From assembly GCA_965645245.1 (NCBI GenBank), contig OZ287067.1, positions 2,046,001 through 2,110,000 of the forward strand: 64,000 bases of DNA, in the 5' to 3' direction. The notes beneath the pieces are model-generated. The model did no database searches, was not told the DNA's origin, and was given only the letters and a program-made list of their open reading frames with translations. A program made the position numbers and the translations under genes. The stretch is from Massalongia carnosa. Its lineage: Eukaryota. Below are positions 36,823 through 52,792 of this stretch, piece after piece; within the stretch, counting starts at the first letter, position 1, and the number at the start of each line of letters is the position of its first letter.

Positions 36823-39800
36823 CGAGGAGGATTGCGTTGAGGGAGAAGGAAGCATGAAGATTCGGTGTTTGGATCCAAAGTAGGGACACGCTCGAGCGGT
36901 GGGAACAGCTTCGATACACTTTCATTCACCAGCGACTGGATTACAAACATTCCCAATCTTCGCTGTGAGCGTTACGAGCTATTGGGGAGCCGGTCAGAGT
37001 ACATACTTCTTTTCGAGGAGAAATACAACGTCGCCTTTTTCGAGCGACTCTGAACAATCGGTCCTATTGGTTATCTACTACCACATAGTAGGTTACATAT
37101 CTATCATCATCTACAAACTAGTTGATACGGAGTGGTATGCAGCATCTTACTCTACATTCAAGCAAAACGCACACTCTGAATATGTGAATGGCTCACCCCC
37201 AAGGAATGGTTAGCCAAGCATCAGCCCACTTCATCAAAGCGAGATCTTAGCACCCCTCAGCCCCTTAATCGTTTGGGGCCAAAATCAAAGGAGCTTCAAT
37301 GCTGAGGAGAGTTTATGATCGGTTGGGATGCAACCGCCGATGACAGGACTTTATGCCATCATTGAGCGCTAGATTGTCCTCGGTATTAGTTTCTGTGACA
37401 GTGATACGACGAAGGACGACAAGGACAGACACCTAGGGTGTCGGATAAGTAGATATGAGCATAAAGATAGTTAGAGCGGATATTAAGATTATTTGACAAT
37501 GCCCGAACATCTGTCAATCGAGTTGCTCTAAGAATGCGCTGATTGGTAACAAACACAGAGAATGAATGATTCATATGGGAGATTTGACTTGGAAGCTTCC
37601 TGTGCAACGGTAGGTTGAGTAGCGGTCCAGCTCCAAGCGATTATTGAAATTTCCAGTCAGGTTAACATATAGTGTAACTTATATTGAAATTTGGCCGCTG
37701 GGTAGGATTAAAAACAATCCACCGTCTGCATAGCAATGAGCGTTGTTACCCAAAACTTGCTCTGGAGCAAAGTTTAAAGGGTTAAGATGGCTTGACAAAA
37801 AACTAGCCCCCAGTTAGACATTATGCATTCATGAAGGCAGGCTGTGGCTACACCAAAAACGGGGTAGCTTGGACCTACACAACTTGTCAGATTGCTGATA
37901 CCTATCTCTTGTCAGTTAAGGTCAGTTAACCTTAGATACGGTTAAGCAGGCCTGAAAATAAGTGAAAATCCCATTGTTAATCTTTAGTTATAAGGGTCTG
38001 AGCGGAACTCTCGGATCCCTAAACGAAGACCAAGCTAGAAGATATCTGCAGCTCTAGGTCACGTGACATCATGCCCTCCTTAAGCAACGTGGATTAACAG
38101 TAGCTGCGTGGTTGGGCGGCATCTTGTACATCCTTGTCCCATCAGCTCTCTTTCCCTGATAAAAAAGCACTTTAAAGCTCTTGAAGTTACCTCAGCGCTG
38201 ACCGAGGCATTCTGATTTTCGGCTCTTGAAGGCAACGAGATGGCAACACGGTGGCGATGGATGAGAAACAGGTGAAAGAGAGGGGAGGGCCGAAGGGCGC
38301 CTGTATGTGTTTGGTCGTGGCGCTGCAGCTTGCCATCATCCCAATGCTAATGCGAATGCATTACAAAGAACCGTTCCTTAATTGCCAGCAAGCTATATTG
38401 GCCGTTGGGATTTTTGGAGGTTTTGACGCCCCGGGGATTGCTGCCAGTGAAGCAAGCGCTACATAATACAGTTGGGTGTTAACACGGTTTTACTTACGGG
38501 AGAGGTACTCAAGCACATGAAAGGGGGGGGGTTTGTACGTGATAGTCCCAATCTACGATGAAGGCCAAAAATTGGGTTCCGCATTGTTGAACTAATCTGT
38601 TTAGAAGAAAAACAGACCAGGTGTGATGCGAACAAAGCGCGACGACGCTATCTCGGGTAAGGGAAAGAAACCGCGAAGGATTCTACCAAGAGTTCGATCA
38701 GCATGTTGAACTCAACGAAGCCCAAAAAGGGGTTGAAAGTGGCGAACCTCGTTATAACTACCTATAAATTTAATCCAGTATCTATATTGGACAGGGGCAA
38801 AGGAATTTTCAGCATTCATGTTATAAATATAGAACGATCATGAAGTATGAGTAAACGATAGACTAGAAAGTTAGCCTTCAGGATGCTGTCCATACTGAAT
38901 GATAGGATTAAGAAGAAGGGCCACCTATGAAAAAAGGTAGCCCCCACGCCTTAACCTCTCCACTCTGTTCTAGGGCAGGTGATTTACCGTGCGCTCGTCA
39001 TTCCAAGAGCGGTTTGAAGTTTCTCGTGCAGTAGCCTGATACCTGGTGACTGAAAAGCCTGCAAGAAACTGCCGAACCTTGGCACAGTAGGAGAATCAGC
39101 TCATGGAAGTAAGGCGAAATATGTGTGACGTTGTCGGAAAGTCGATTGTCAGAAGAAGATCAAAGGAGGTCGAGGATTGGGATGATGATCGGAGTTCTCT
39201 TCGCAGTGTTGTGCAGATATTTCCTGCAGAGTTGACTGACGTAAAGGGTACAATGCACGTAGCAGTGTTAAACAAGGAACGAAGAATTTTTCAAAGTTCT
39301 GTATCTGAGTAAGTAGATTTTCATGTGCTGTCTTCATCCTCCCCTGTCATGCGCTAGCTCGTATTAAAAGGAAATTACCATTTCATAAGATGAGGGACTA
39401 GAGAAAAGCTAGTATGAAGTAACTATTTGTACTTCTCTCATAAATTAGTGTACTTTGATCAAAGGACACAGAGTAGCCGCTACACGTCTCAAACTGAACG
39501 TTGACAAGTTACTGTCAATATGCTCAGTTGCAGATCGGCTTAGACCATACTCGTTGCGTACTCTTGCATTTGATGGCGCACGAAAAGTGCGGGACCCGAA
39601 GAAGTGGTTGAGACTTGGAAAAGGGTCCTGGAGTCTGGTGATCCGGGTACCAAACACGGGGATTCGTCGTTTCTGGCTACCCACAGGAAGCAGCCGAAGC
39701 CGGGGCACGCGTGCTGCATATTCCGTCCCAGATTCCGGATTATCATGAAGGTCCACATGAAGGAAAATGACGCAGAATTTGGGGTTTTGACAGGTTTTCA

Positions 39801-41118
39801 GAGCATCTCTAAGGTTTGGTTGGCTGATGCAGCAAGCATCTGATCCGCAGGATGCAGTGCCGAGCATGCATGGATTTAGAGAACCATTAGCTATTGCGAC
39901 AATTGGCAACCTTTTTGCGCCTTGCTTCGTACAATGATTCCTTCCAACAACGAGCTTTTCGCCAGCCTAATTCAGTGATTCCGATGAAGGCTTTCGAGAC
40001 TGCAGCTAGACGGTGGAGATGCCGCGGTGCTGGAGGAAGAACCCGTGGACTCGGTTAAACTTTGACTTTTTGGGGCGGTTTCGGCCGGAAAGCTTCCTGG
40101 CTTGATGGAGATCTAACGATCGCCAAAGAGCGGTGAAGTCCTTGGAAAACGATCCTTCCAATTATCGTGTCCAATAAGAGGCTCCGCTGAAGCCGATATA
40201 GAAAGACTAAAGCTTAGAGGTACGGGGAAAACCCAAGGCCATGTCACTGGATAGAGGCTCGGGCCAGTGGTGTTGGGTCCCAGCAGCGGCACCAAGACGA
40301 CAGACATGAAATGCTTTTGCTCGCACGTGTTTAATTTGTGTCGATGGTTGATGAAAGAGCAGATAAGACGTCTGGTTAGCCCGCCCCCAGGTCTGTGACC
40401 ATAATATCTTGCCAGCGAAGTCAAGCCATGGTCCTCTAAGAGACGTCCATAGTATGAAGATACCACACATGTACCCAACTCTTCGACTGGAAAAGGGCTA
40501 AGACAACTACAGGTGTATCCCACAGGGCCCCACAGGGCCTTCGATTTTGGTTGTCTTTTGAATGAAAGACGTTTCATCAAGCCATGATCGGTGGGAGCGA
40601 AGATATGTTGGTCAGCAGTGGATGAAATGAAACGATACTGGTGCCAGGCCCCTTGTAGACTCTAAAGGATTTTTTGTACCCGTCGCCGAAGCTACGAAGT
40701 TGCATGCCTCCTCTGTAAGACCGCATTCTCACTTTGTTAGCTGCGTCTTACTCCCTGTAATATAAACAATATACTATGTTGGCTCGATGACGTCCCTAAC
40801 GTGGGATGGCAGTGCCGAAGTACCATAAATGCTCTTGAGGATTTAAGGCCTGAAAGCTTTGGTTTCCACTGGTGAGATCCTACATAATGAGCTATGAATA
40901 CTCCAATGAAATTGCTTCTGAAGAGTGCCAGCGAAGCCGAATAAGGCATCCTGGCAGCAAAGAGAGCGCAGAAGTATATGCAGCTGAGCCCCTTTGTATT
41001 AATTTTCCCTCCAACACAGCACCACAGCGGATATCTGAAAATCCCCAAAGAGCTCTCCTTTCCTGAAATCCTCGAATCTAAAAGCCCCAGGAAGAAACAT
41101 AATCAAATAAACTCAAAC

Positions 41119-42772
41119 ATGGCGTAAATTGAACCTGTTGGCGAGAGAGTTTCGGGCATTGGAAGCCAAGCGAGCTGACCATGCACTCATCTAGAGACGT
41201 ACAAAACGATACAGTAGAAGTGGAAAGGCAGTATTTGCGACTTACTACCGTTCACGGACGAGACTTTCAGAAATATTCTATCGACAACTCTATTCATATG
41301 GTTCCGATAGATGAGGTAGGCAAGAATGCTGATGATAGTCTTTCTTGCAACTTCCAGAAAGAAATACTCAAAGACAGATAGGATGAAACCGAACGACTCA
41401 CAGCTCAACATCAGCTGTTCGATCTTGTCTTTGATGGTAGACTTATTTTTCCTCCATTGGCTAACGTCTGGAATGTTTTGGACTGCGGCTATGGGGCAGC
41501 CTCCTGGGCTATCGAGCTGGCAGACACCTATCCTGATTGCACAGTAAATATGACCGGTCCAATTTTCTCAGGAGAGTACTGATCTTTCCACCTCCACACT
41601 TAGGTAATTGGGGTTGACATTTCTCCGCACATGAAACCCGACGATACTCCAGAGAACTTCTACCCCCAGGTACGTGCCTACGATAATACCAGGGCAATCT
41701 TCAATGCGAGCGTTTGAGCAATATAACGGCTCAAATGAGTCGCCACAAGCTAAAGGCCGGTAATGACATTCATCAATGTCCCTCTTTCCCTCCACATCCA
41801 TTTGAAACCTAATCTGGCCTTTCTGAAATGTATCGTTTAGGGGAAGAAGATACGTGTACAACCCATGCAACTCCCCATCTTACTTAGACACCTTGCCCTT
41901 ATGTCATCCAAGGGCGAACATGGGATAAGGCAGCTGACGATGATTCATAGCTCGATGACATGAATCGTCCATTCACGTTCCAACCAAACACATTTGACCT
42001 AGTTCATTCACGACTCGTTGCTGGAGGAATCAACAGATCCCGGTGGCCCGCATACCTTCGGGATATCAAAAAGTGCGTTCCGAAATAGACCACATCTTTC
42101 GCCACCTACCCCCAAGCCATTCCAAGTTCGCTGATCTAAGATAAGAGTTCTGAGGCCTGGCGGATGGGTACAGATGGTTGAATGTTACTACATGTGCCAG
42201 TCAGATAACGGCTCTATCACCGAAGCACACGCCCTTCAGCAGTGGAGCAACAATTATATCAGATCGATCGAGGGAACAAAGGATCCAAGAATTCCTTTGC
42301 AGCTGCAGAATCTCTGCACCGCTGCAGGGTTCGTCGATATTGAGAGCCAAATGATCCCTTTGCCGCTTTGCGGATGGTCAACCAGTATGGAACCATTTAA
42401 TCTTTTCCATGCGTGTGTAATATAAAATGCTGTATTATTTTTTCTCACGACTAGGCTTGATTAGCGTGATGTGATGTCTTCACCGAGACAGACTAATGAA
42501 TGCTGGTAGATCCAAGACAGCGTCAAATCGGCCGGGCAAATGAAGCAAATACCTCGCAGTTGCTAAATGCATTGGCCTTATTTCCGTTCTCCAGAAGGCT
42601 TGGCATGACGATCCAGGAGATTGATGTGCTTGTAGCTCGGGCTCGGGCTGATGCGGTCAATCCTAATCTCAAGGCTTATTTTCCTCTGTGAGAACTGAAG
42701 TCTTCTCAGTCTTAGAATCTGAGCTGATAAACTTGCAGATATGTTTGCATTGGAAGGAAACCTGGCGGATAA
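41119..42772 (+). CDS. LaeA-like SAM-dependent methyltransferase (LlmF/UmtA-type), about 8 exons
   Basis: Spliced product contains P.DE..ER...H, VLDCGYGAASWA, VIGVDISP, FDLVHSRLVAGGI, VLRPGGWVQMVE, IPLCGW, YVCIGRKP. Confidence 0.85.
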
Positions 42773-44713
42773 TATCGATGGCCGAAAAAGATAGGTTGAT
42801 AGGTATTGAGCATTGTTTGACTTGCCGCAAGGTACCTGGTGTGGAAGGAAAGCATCTTGGAGCCTGTTTTTCTTCTTTCAAATTAATTGATTGCTCAAGT
42901 TGATTTCGCGTAACTCATCCTGATTGATCATCAGGTTAGCAAAAGTGCCTTTCCGTGTTCCTTACAATGGCTCTATTTACGTACGTCGAGCCAATCCATC
43001 CTCGGTTTAAACGAGAACGCGGTAGTTGGCCACCTTTCCATGATTTTCTTTCTGAAAAATGGAGTTATGTTGTTGTGAAAGTCGACAGAAGCGGCATGAA
43101 AATCATGGAAAGACCCCACGAGGATGTATCTGGGTCGGCGACGTGCCCTTAAGCCCCGACAAGTTCATCCGCACACTTATCCAAGTTGTGCAAAATTGAC
43201 GTGAACACCCAGGGTTGTGACCAGGGGATTTTTCAAGAGGACTCAGGCCTCACCCATGGGGCCATAAACGATGCAAAAACCCTGCTGACAATTCTTGGTA
43301 TGGTGAGAGTAATCTTGCTGACCAGCTAACCATGTCAGTCTCGGACAGTACCTCACAATCGTTGAACGGGACATGCATCGCAACCGTGTTCTAGGTCGAT
43401 ACATCAGGAATTGTTTACCCATGAACCGAGAACGGTTGCAGTGATATCAGCCTATGACATTACTGGAGACAAGGACGAACGTGGACAGTTGAAGAATGCA
43501 GAGAAGAGGAGACAGATCACCTATAGTGGAGATGTCAAGGTCGACGTGAGAGAGTGAGACGAGGAGGACGGAGAGATGCGAGGCATGATGGGACGATGAA
43601 AGGGTTTTTGGGTGCCGAATACGTACTCTAACTTAGTTTTGCAGTTTTCCAAGCGGTGGGCCAAAAGTCAAAAAGGTCAGGAAAATCCCAGCAGTCTGGT
43701 ACCGAGAATCAACTACTTCCCTACCACATACTCTGGACCGACTAACCACCCAGGTAACCTACCTCACCCACTCTTCCCACCCAACTCCCCCATACACCCC
43801 CGTGTCGACGACGGAGGCACTATCCGGACGCACATTGAATCAATAAAATAAAATAAATAGAAACACAGAAAACCCTGCCATAAGAGGGAATCAAGACGTC
43901 AAGTATGTTCCAAGTACAGAGGATGGCAACGTGGATGATTAATTGATAAGATACCTATCTGCCAGATTCCATTGCTTACACCTGGACGAAAAGCGATTTG
44001 GACGGAAGTTGCTGTCTCCATCCTATCTACCTGCCTTAGGTATCTCCTTGCGCGAACAGAAGGGCCACTATCACCGCTTGATCATGTACATGATCACCGA
44101 TGCACCACGAATCCTGAGAGCAGTTAAGTCACGTGGTAAGACAATGCGCCCTCTTCCAAACCGTTATGACTATGAAAGCTCAACGTCCGGTTGTCATTGG
44201 TACGTGTCACGCTGTCAGTGCACTTGCCGGTGACGAGCCCTGCAGTAAGTAGTGCATTGGTCGTAGCAAGAGCGATGTCTGGGAGTTGATGTACTTGTGC
44301 GCGTGAAATGGGATTTTTCCAAGTATCAAGCGTTTGACAGCCATTTGGAGTTCGGGCTGAAAAAGCGAGAGAAAGCCCTTTTAGGCCAAGCTGTCAAATT
44401 CCGGTCCCAGGGGTGTAATTATCGATAATGCGCCACAATTTACACCTAGCATTAGCCCTAATTCCAGCCCTGAGTCAAAGCTCAGGGGCCCGCATGACTA
44501 ACTGAGCACGTGATCGTCTACTGGAAGTACCTTGTACGTACCTAGTTACTCTGTACTCCAGCCCGCTGTCCCCACGGAGCCAGCTGCGACCCGTACTCTG
44601 TATACTCAACCCGTTCAGCGAGAGCAAGTTACTCATTGCGTGATACTCCCTGTACGGACCACTTCCTGCACGAATAACATGCCGAAAAGCTTGGATTCCA
44701 ACTAAAATCCAGC

Positions 44714-45794
<1,081 letters not shown>

Positions 45795-47408
45795 TTAGGG
45801 GTGATGTAGGGCGTGTACTCGTTTATCATGAGTGTTTAGATAAGCCTATTGCGGTACCAGTGAAGTATTGCATATACTGCGAACGATGATCCAACTCCTT
45901 TCATATTTCTATTGACAGCAAGAGACAGCAAGAGCAACAGCTTCGGTGGCCAAGGGCTCTGTTGGTACAGGGGCCTAGAGGACCGGTTAAGAATGATATA
46001 ACCCCAGGTTATTATCCTTCCGCCAAAAGCTTTAGGCCCCCCAGATCATCTTCTATTCACCTTTGAATTCAGCAACTTAATAAAACAATTCCGACTGCCA
46101 AGGAACATTTCGTATTTGTTATAGTTCCACATACTTTTTTAAAACTATCGTCGTCGCTTTCCTCCTTCATTCCCATAAGCAAAATTCCACGCATGTACTC
46201 GCCTCTTCACGCTATATTTCTTTACCACCTATTGTAGGGATCAATTCATTTGGAACCTCCTTTCATTATTACTCCTTCTCTCCCAGCATCATCATTTAAG
46301 CCTGTTCTCTAAAATACTCGGGATGTGTTTGTATTCGCCGCCTTGCTCTCTACCGTATGCTCCATTTGTGTTTTTTCAACTCATCAACATCTCGTATGAT
46401 TTCTATCACTAAACCTCCGTACCTCTGGGCCAAGGATGAGCCCCTACGCATTTCCATAACTTCTATCTTTCTCGCCGTACAGAGAAACGGGAGCCGTGTC
46501 TCTTCTCCTATAGGGTTAGAGTTTTGTAGATGTTGTCTTTCTCCGCTGAGTGCAGTTTGCTCATGGTTTTTCAGGGTCCCTTCGAGATCTCAGTCCCGCA
46601 TGACTCTTTTTTCATTGGAGGGAAAAATTCAATGAAAAACCCGTCGCTTCTGAGCCCCTTGCCTCCAACCACAACTTTCCTCATACGAGAATAGTATAGA
46701 AGCAGCTCCTTTTCCCTGCTACTGATGATCTAGGTTCCGAACTTCCCGTTTTCCGGAACGTCTAATCCCAGGTAGATCCACCTTGCTTACCTAGGTGGTG
46801 GAAGAGGATGTTGAAGGAGAGATTGAAGAAATCAAATATCGAGAAATCCAAGAGATCAAGAGATCTAGAGACAAGGCGATGAAGAACCCATTCCCAAGCC
46901 CAGAACACAAATTCTCGCATCGGTTTTTATCATCCAGTAACTAAAGCACGCGTTCAACATAAAGGGTCGCCCTGAAGTGGGAAACATACATGTTTGTTCG
47001 ATTCGTTGACCGGTCGTTCGTCTATGTATCTATCTTTCCGGTGCTAGGTATTTCAATGTACACAGCATGCCACAGCCCAATACAATCCAACCAGTCCTCT
47101 TCGTCAAGGTCCTTCCTTCTCTCCTTGCAAATGGGATACGTTGCTTAAAGGAAGCTGATGGGTTGGTTGATGTGGGAGGAGGGGCTTGAAAGTAACAGAC
47201 GAGTAGCTCGAATTGGCCTGATTGAATTGCAAAATGTACGGCGCCCGCCTTGAGATTATGGAGCCTGAAATACTCCTGGCTTTTAGCCCGCTTTAGGAGG
47301 GAAGGTGTGATGGACCTGTGAAACGCCTTCCTGAAAAACCCCCAAGCCCCATTTCCCCGGATCCTATCCCCGTTCCCCAAGCTAACGCCAATGCTTTTCC
47401 TCCGCCGC

Positions 47409-50336
47409 TCACCCCCCCGCCCCCCCCTCCTCCTTATCCGCTGCTGTGCTCAGCTGCGCGCACAACCGGCTCATCGCCACCGTCTCCGTCGCGGCGTAGT
47501 AATCCAGCGCCTCGAGGAGCAGCCGCAAGTGATGGTTGAAATTATACTCGTACTTGCTCAGCATGTCCTCCATTTTCACTAGGCGGCCAGGGTCGTGGCT
47601 GAGCAGGGCGTCCGGGATCGGGTGGCGTACCGAAGGGTACTGCGTGGCGAGGTAGGCGCGGGCGCGGGACGTGCCGGCGAGGGAGGGGTCCGCGGCGCAG
47701 AGTTGGCGCGTGAGGGTCGAGGTCCAGGTGGTGAAGAGGTGGCAGACGGAGGTGATTTTGGAGTGAATCTTTGGCGAGGAGGGGGGAAGGTTAGCCAAAG
47801 GAAGGGGAAGCAGATTGAGGACTCTATAGCGAGAGGGGGAGGATTAGGAAGATGGAGAGCAAGAGCTAACCTTGAGAAGCTTGGAATTCATCAGCATACA
47901 TTCCTTCAGACATGTGTCGAGGAAATCAACGTGGTCTTCCATCAGTTCATCCACGGTCCGATTGTGGACTCCCTTCTGCGCCCCGTCGCGGCCACGCGTG
48001 TCTGTACCGTGCACGCGCGCCATGAGCGTTTGCCAGTTTGGCTCGATCACCTCGGCCGTGCAGTAGTAGGTGAATTGCTGCACGAAGACCAGCATGCGGG
48101 CTCGTAGTGTCCACGTGCGGCGCTTCCACTGCTCCAGCTTTGAGTCTGTGCTGCGGGTCGTCCAGCTTACAACTTTGTGGTGCTCTTTCCAACTGTTCAC
48201 GAGTAACCCTTCAAGATGGCGCATAGAGACGAGGTAGCGAAACAGGATCTGGTAGCGCACCACCGTTTTACTGCTGATGACGAGGGAGAGGGGGAAGGGA
48301 ACGGAGAATTTCAGCTCCAGGGCTTCAAACCCTGTCATGCTCGTATCTTCCTCAGTAGATACTTGGGTGGAGGGAGTGCGGTATCGGTCAATGCTTTCGT
48401 ATGGATTGTCATCTTCGAGGCCTTTAACGTTCACAACATGCATCAAGAATTTTGTTAAGCCAACGCCATTCATGTGCACCTTAACGTCTTCCTTGAAAGA
48501 ATCGTGCGCCGCAACGCTGCCAGGCTGGCGGAGCACAAGATCTAGGAGCGACTGTAGCTTTCCTACGTTGACCCCTTTCCATGGCTTTTTGAGCTCAGAC
48601 TCGCTCAAATCGAGAAAATAAGTGAAGAAGTCAGACCGGTCGAGAAAAAAATAGTGCTTTAACGAGCGAAGTCGAGCAGGCAAAGCATGTGTGGTAAGAA
48701 GCAAGTTCAGCAGCGAAGAGTTTGCGTGGGCGTAGGCTCCGTTGACATTTTCAAGAAATCGTGGATCGTCAAACGACTTTGGCACATCCCGGACCTCTTT
48801 GCTTACATCCACTCCACCACATTCACGAACCACATTAAGGTATTTGCCAGCCAGAAGAACCTTCTCTTTCACTCCTTCGAGCTGCGGTGGGACGTCGTCC
48901 TTCCGAAAAGTATACCTTTTTTCCCAATATTGGTCTGTAAAGTCCTCCTCTAGTTTTTCTCGTTTGATGCTCTCCTGCTCTCTAATGAGAAAGTCCCCAT
49001 GCGGGTCTTTGATTCCTCCATGGTGCAACCATTCATTCAGCATAGCCATATACGGTCGGCTAGCATCGTGTAGCAGAGTCTGAAGCAAAGATTTTGCAGC
49101 AGGATCGCCTGACATGAAAGAAAGCCGCTCGGACAAGAGGCGAAGCATATTTCCCCCTTTACACAGTTTCTTCTCCATGCTCCCAGGAGCGAGGTCTCCG
49201 CCTTCTCGAAGTTGTTCGAGAATATTCTCCATATCATCGTCGAGGCCATCGGTTGAATCATCAAGATCGTCATCCAAAAGAGAATTTTTGCGCAATATCT
49301 CTTGGCCTAAAATGTAAATCTGAGACATCAAATGCTTGGTAGGAATTGTGTGTAAATGAAGTACGTGTAGCGTAAATGCAGGATTAGAAATCGATTGGTG
49401 CTCCAACTGCGCAATGAGAACCAAGTAATCCTTAAGAATTTTTCGTATAGAAGCACAAAGCGCATGATTAATGGCACCAAACTCATCTCGGCTCTGAACC
49501 TCCACAAATGCCTCAATCGCGCTGTAGTACGTCGCCATCATAAGAACCGAGTTGGTTAGATCTCGTAAACTGGGGTCTAACCCTGGTAAGATCCGATAGC
49601 TTGGGCCTGCAAACCGGTCCTTTTCCATCGAGGGCTTGTACGAATCAGCGAACCGAATGTATTGCCCTTCATATCCCATGAAAATAAACAGTAAATCTTC
49701 TATTACTACTGACTCTTGCTCGTCTACCGAAAGCTGCTTCAGCGGCTTGGGCTCCAGAGATTGTGGCAGGAGATGCGCAAGAGGGGGTGTGGAAACGCGA
49801 GCAGCGAGAGGAGCAGTCGTATGAGAAGTAAGTGATACTTGGGGTTTCCATATTGCTGTGCAAGCTCATGATTAGCGTGGTATCTAAAACATACTCTTCC
49901 TGACCGACGTGTTCAACTCACGTAAGGCTTCCTTCTTTTTACTAGTAGCTAAAGGTGAATTCCTCGCAGCCCAACTACTTACCCTTGGTGATTCAATATC
50001 TTTTTGCGCCCTTTCGTGCACATCTTTACCTAGCGTTTCCTTTACAGGGTTCTGCTCATAAACCCGGAAGTTTTCTCTCGTAGCGAACCGTATCCTTTCC
50101 GTTTGTGGTTCACTCGTGATCTGTGATGAGCCATTTGCTCGCAGGGCATCAGATGCGGTCCTTCGATATGGTGCATTGCTTGCTGAGTCATGGGGAAAGA
50201 GCTCCTCCCTGGAATCAGGTCTTGCATGAGCTTGACCTCCAAGGCGAGAGGAGGGGACGCGGGGCCTTGCACCAACCGTGGCCGAACCCCGTTGATCGTT
50301 ATTTGCTGCGCTTCGGGTGTTGCCTGAACTTATCAT
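47409..50336 (-). CDS. SPC97: Gamma-tubulin complex component GCP2 (Spc97/Alp4)
   Basis: EDLLFIFMGYEGQYI, YWEKRY...LAGKYLNVVRECG, LKHYFFLDRSDF, VPFPLSLVIS, H..FLDTCLKECML; introns about 49863-49924 and 47770-47870. Confidence 0.93.
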
Positions 50337-50642
50337 AATCGATTTCTCAACCGGTTTACTTTTGCAACGGTCTTTTCTCTTTCATGTTTGTTCGTGTCCT
50401 CGGTCTTGGGATTGTTTGAAGGTGGAGGGGACGCGCCTAGGATCCGCGCCGTGACCGATTAGGCTTAGCATTATATAAGAGCTCATCACTGCGTGGGCGG
50501 AAGAAGCCTCTCTTTCGAGCTTCGTTTTCCACAAGGTGAAGAATAAACCCAACCAATACTGTTAGCCTTAGAGAATAGAGCTTTAAACTTCTGGGTCTTA
50601 GCTTCGAATCTTCATTTCAAAAATCCGTTGCCATTTTCCAAA

Positions 50643-51665
50643 ATGTTTATCGCACGGTCAGAATATGGTGAGTTTGTTCTTTACCATTTTCAAGAAGCTA
50701 TATTTGCTAATCAAGCCCTTCAGATCGTGGCATAAAGTATGTATACTCCCCAAACCATCTCGAAATATCCATATTACTGATCAAACCCTCCTCCCGTAGT
50801 ACATTCTCCCCCGAAGGCCGCCTCTTCCAAGTCGAATACTCCCTCGAAGCTATAAAGCTTGGCTCAACAGCAATAGGTGTACCCCACCCACCTTCTTGAC
50901 CTTCTCTCTTTCCGAATTGATGAACTCTCAGGTCTCAACCTCCACCGGCGTAATACTTGGTGTGGAAAAACGCGTAACCAGCACCCTCCTAGAAACTTCT
51001 TCGGTCGAGAAGATCGTCGAGATAGACCGGCACATCGGCTGCGCCATGTCCGGGCTCCAAGCCGACGCCCGCTCCATGGTTGAGCACGCCCGTGTTGAGT
51101 CGCAGTCGCACGCCTTTCACTATAATGAACCTCTGCGCGTTGAGAGCTGCACGCAGGCCATCTGCGACCTCGCGCTTAGGTTTGGCGAAGGAGCGGAAGG
51201 GGAGGAGAGCATTATGAGTCGGCCGTTTGGCGTTGCGTTGTTGGTTGCAGGGATCGACGAGGATGGGCCGCAGCTGTATGTCGTTTTTTCCTGCCCTTTC
51301 CCCCAATATTCTATCCTTCCCTTCCCAAGCGCGCGCAGCCCCCCTTCCCACCAAATTTCTCGGGCTAACTTCTCGCCCTGTCGAAAAGCTACCACGCCGA
51401 ACCCTCCGGCACCTTCTACCGCTACGATGCCAAAGCTATCGGCAGCGGCAGCGAAGGCGCGCAAGCGGAGTTGCAATCCGAATTTCACAAATCCCTTACC
51501 CTCGAGGAGGCCGAGACGCTGGTGCTGAAGACGCTGAAGCAGGTCATGGAGGAGAAACTCGATGCTAAAAACGTACAGCTGGCCAGTGTAACGAAGGATC
51601 GGGGATTTCGGATCTACGGGGATGACGAGATGGAAGGGGTTGTTGGTAGGTTAGGTGGGAACTAA
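50643..51665 (+). CDS. PUP2: 20S proteasome subunit alpha-5
   Basis: [26 protein letters not shown]..., [27 protein letters not shown]. Confidence 0.96.
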
Positions 51666-52792
51666 GCGGTTGGAGGGAGCGAATGAAATTGATAGATGTT
51701 TGATTCGGTATTGATTCCCGACTTCCTCGGCCAGCAAGAGATCACCTGTACGTGGCGCTGGCTACGAACCTTCTGTTTATCAGGAGAGCCAACGATCTCA
51801 CACGACTACCACGACCACGAGATTGAAGACTTTTCAATTACGAATGCGCGTTTACCCCACCAATGAAGAGCACGGACGCATGGAAAAGCATACTATGTGT
51901 ATAGCAGCTATCTTTCCCCTGAATATTTGATAAAGTAAATCCATCCTCATGAATTGAACTTCGCTCGCAAGTCTCTTCACCTGTGACTGTCAAAACCTCT
52001 TTATATGTAGCATGAATGAAACTAGCAAAGTAGAAAATAAAATTCAAAAATCTATAAACAAAGACGGTCCTTTCAATCGATCGAAGAGCCCCACTAGCTA
52101 TATCCGACTATGAATTAACCCTCTAACTGTTTGCCACCTGCGCCTATTGGAGAACGGGAGACGAGAAGAAAAAGGGAAAGTGGAAAGGAGCTATAATAAC
52201 AGGGGAAAGAATTGAAAAGGAAAAAATCTGTGCCGGACTAAACATCCATCTACCTAGTTACCTTCCTACCTGGCTCTTCTGAGTGGGTCGCTCAGTTTGT
52301 CAATTCATGAAAAACCAGAATCAAGTAATCCCAAAACTAGAAACAAATGGGCGACATGAACACAATAAACAAAGAAACAGAGAGGATAGCAGAGGAAGAA
52401 CAAGATAGGTAGTTGATCCATTAAGCGCTGAAGTGCAACTCCCCCCCTTTCTCTAACCACTTCCTCAATTAACCCTCTTAAATGTAGCCCTATTCTACGC
52501 AGGTAATCTAAATTACCGTAGAAGCCAAGCTGACTCTAAGCCGATGATTCGGGTGCAAAACAAATGGAAATTCGTGAAGGTTCCCGTCGTCATTATTCAT
52601 ACACCACCCCTGTTTTCTCGGTGTTTTTCCGATCATCACGGCAACTGCCCTTCTTCCAAACAACATCACACCCCAACTCTCACAACGTTTCGAGAAACGA
52701 ATGCCCGGTGTAGAAGTACATCCAATCCATCCTGGGATGGATCGAAAAATTGTATGCCCCCCTTTTATCTCCTTAATTTCACGTTTCAGGCC

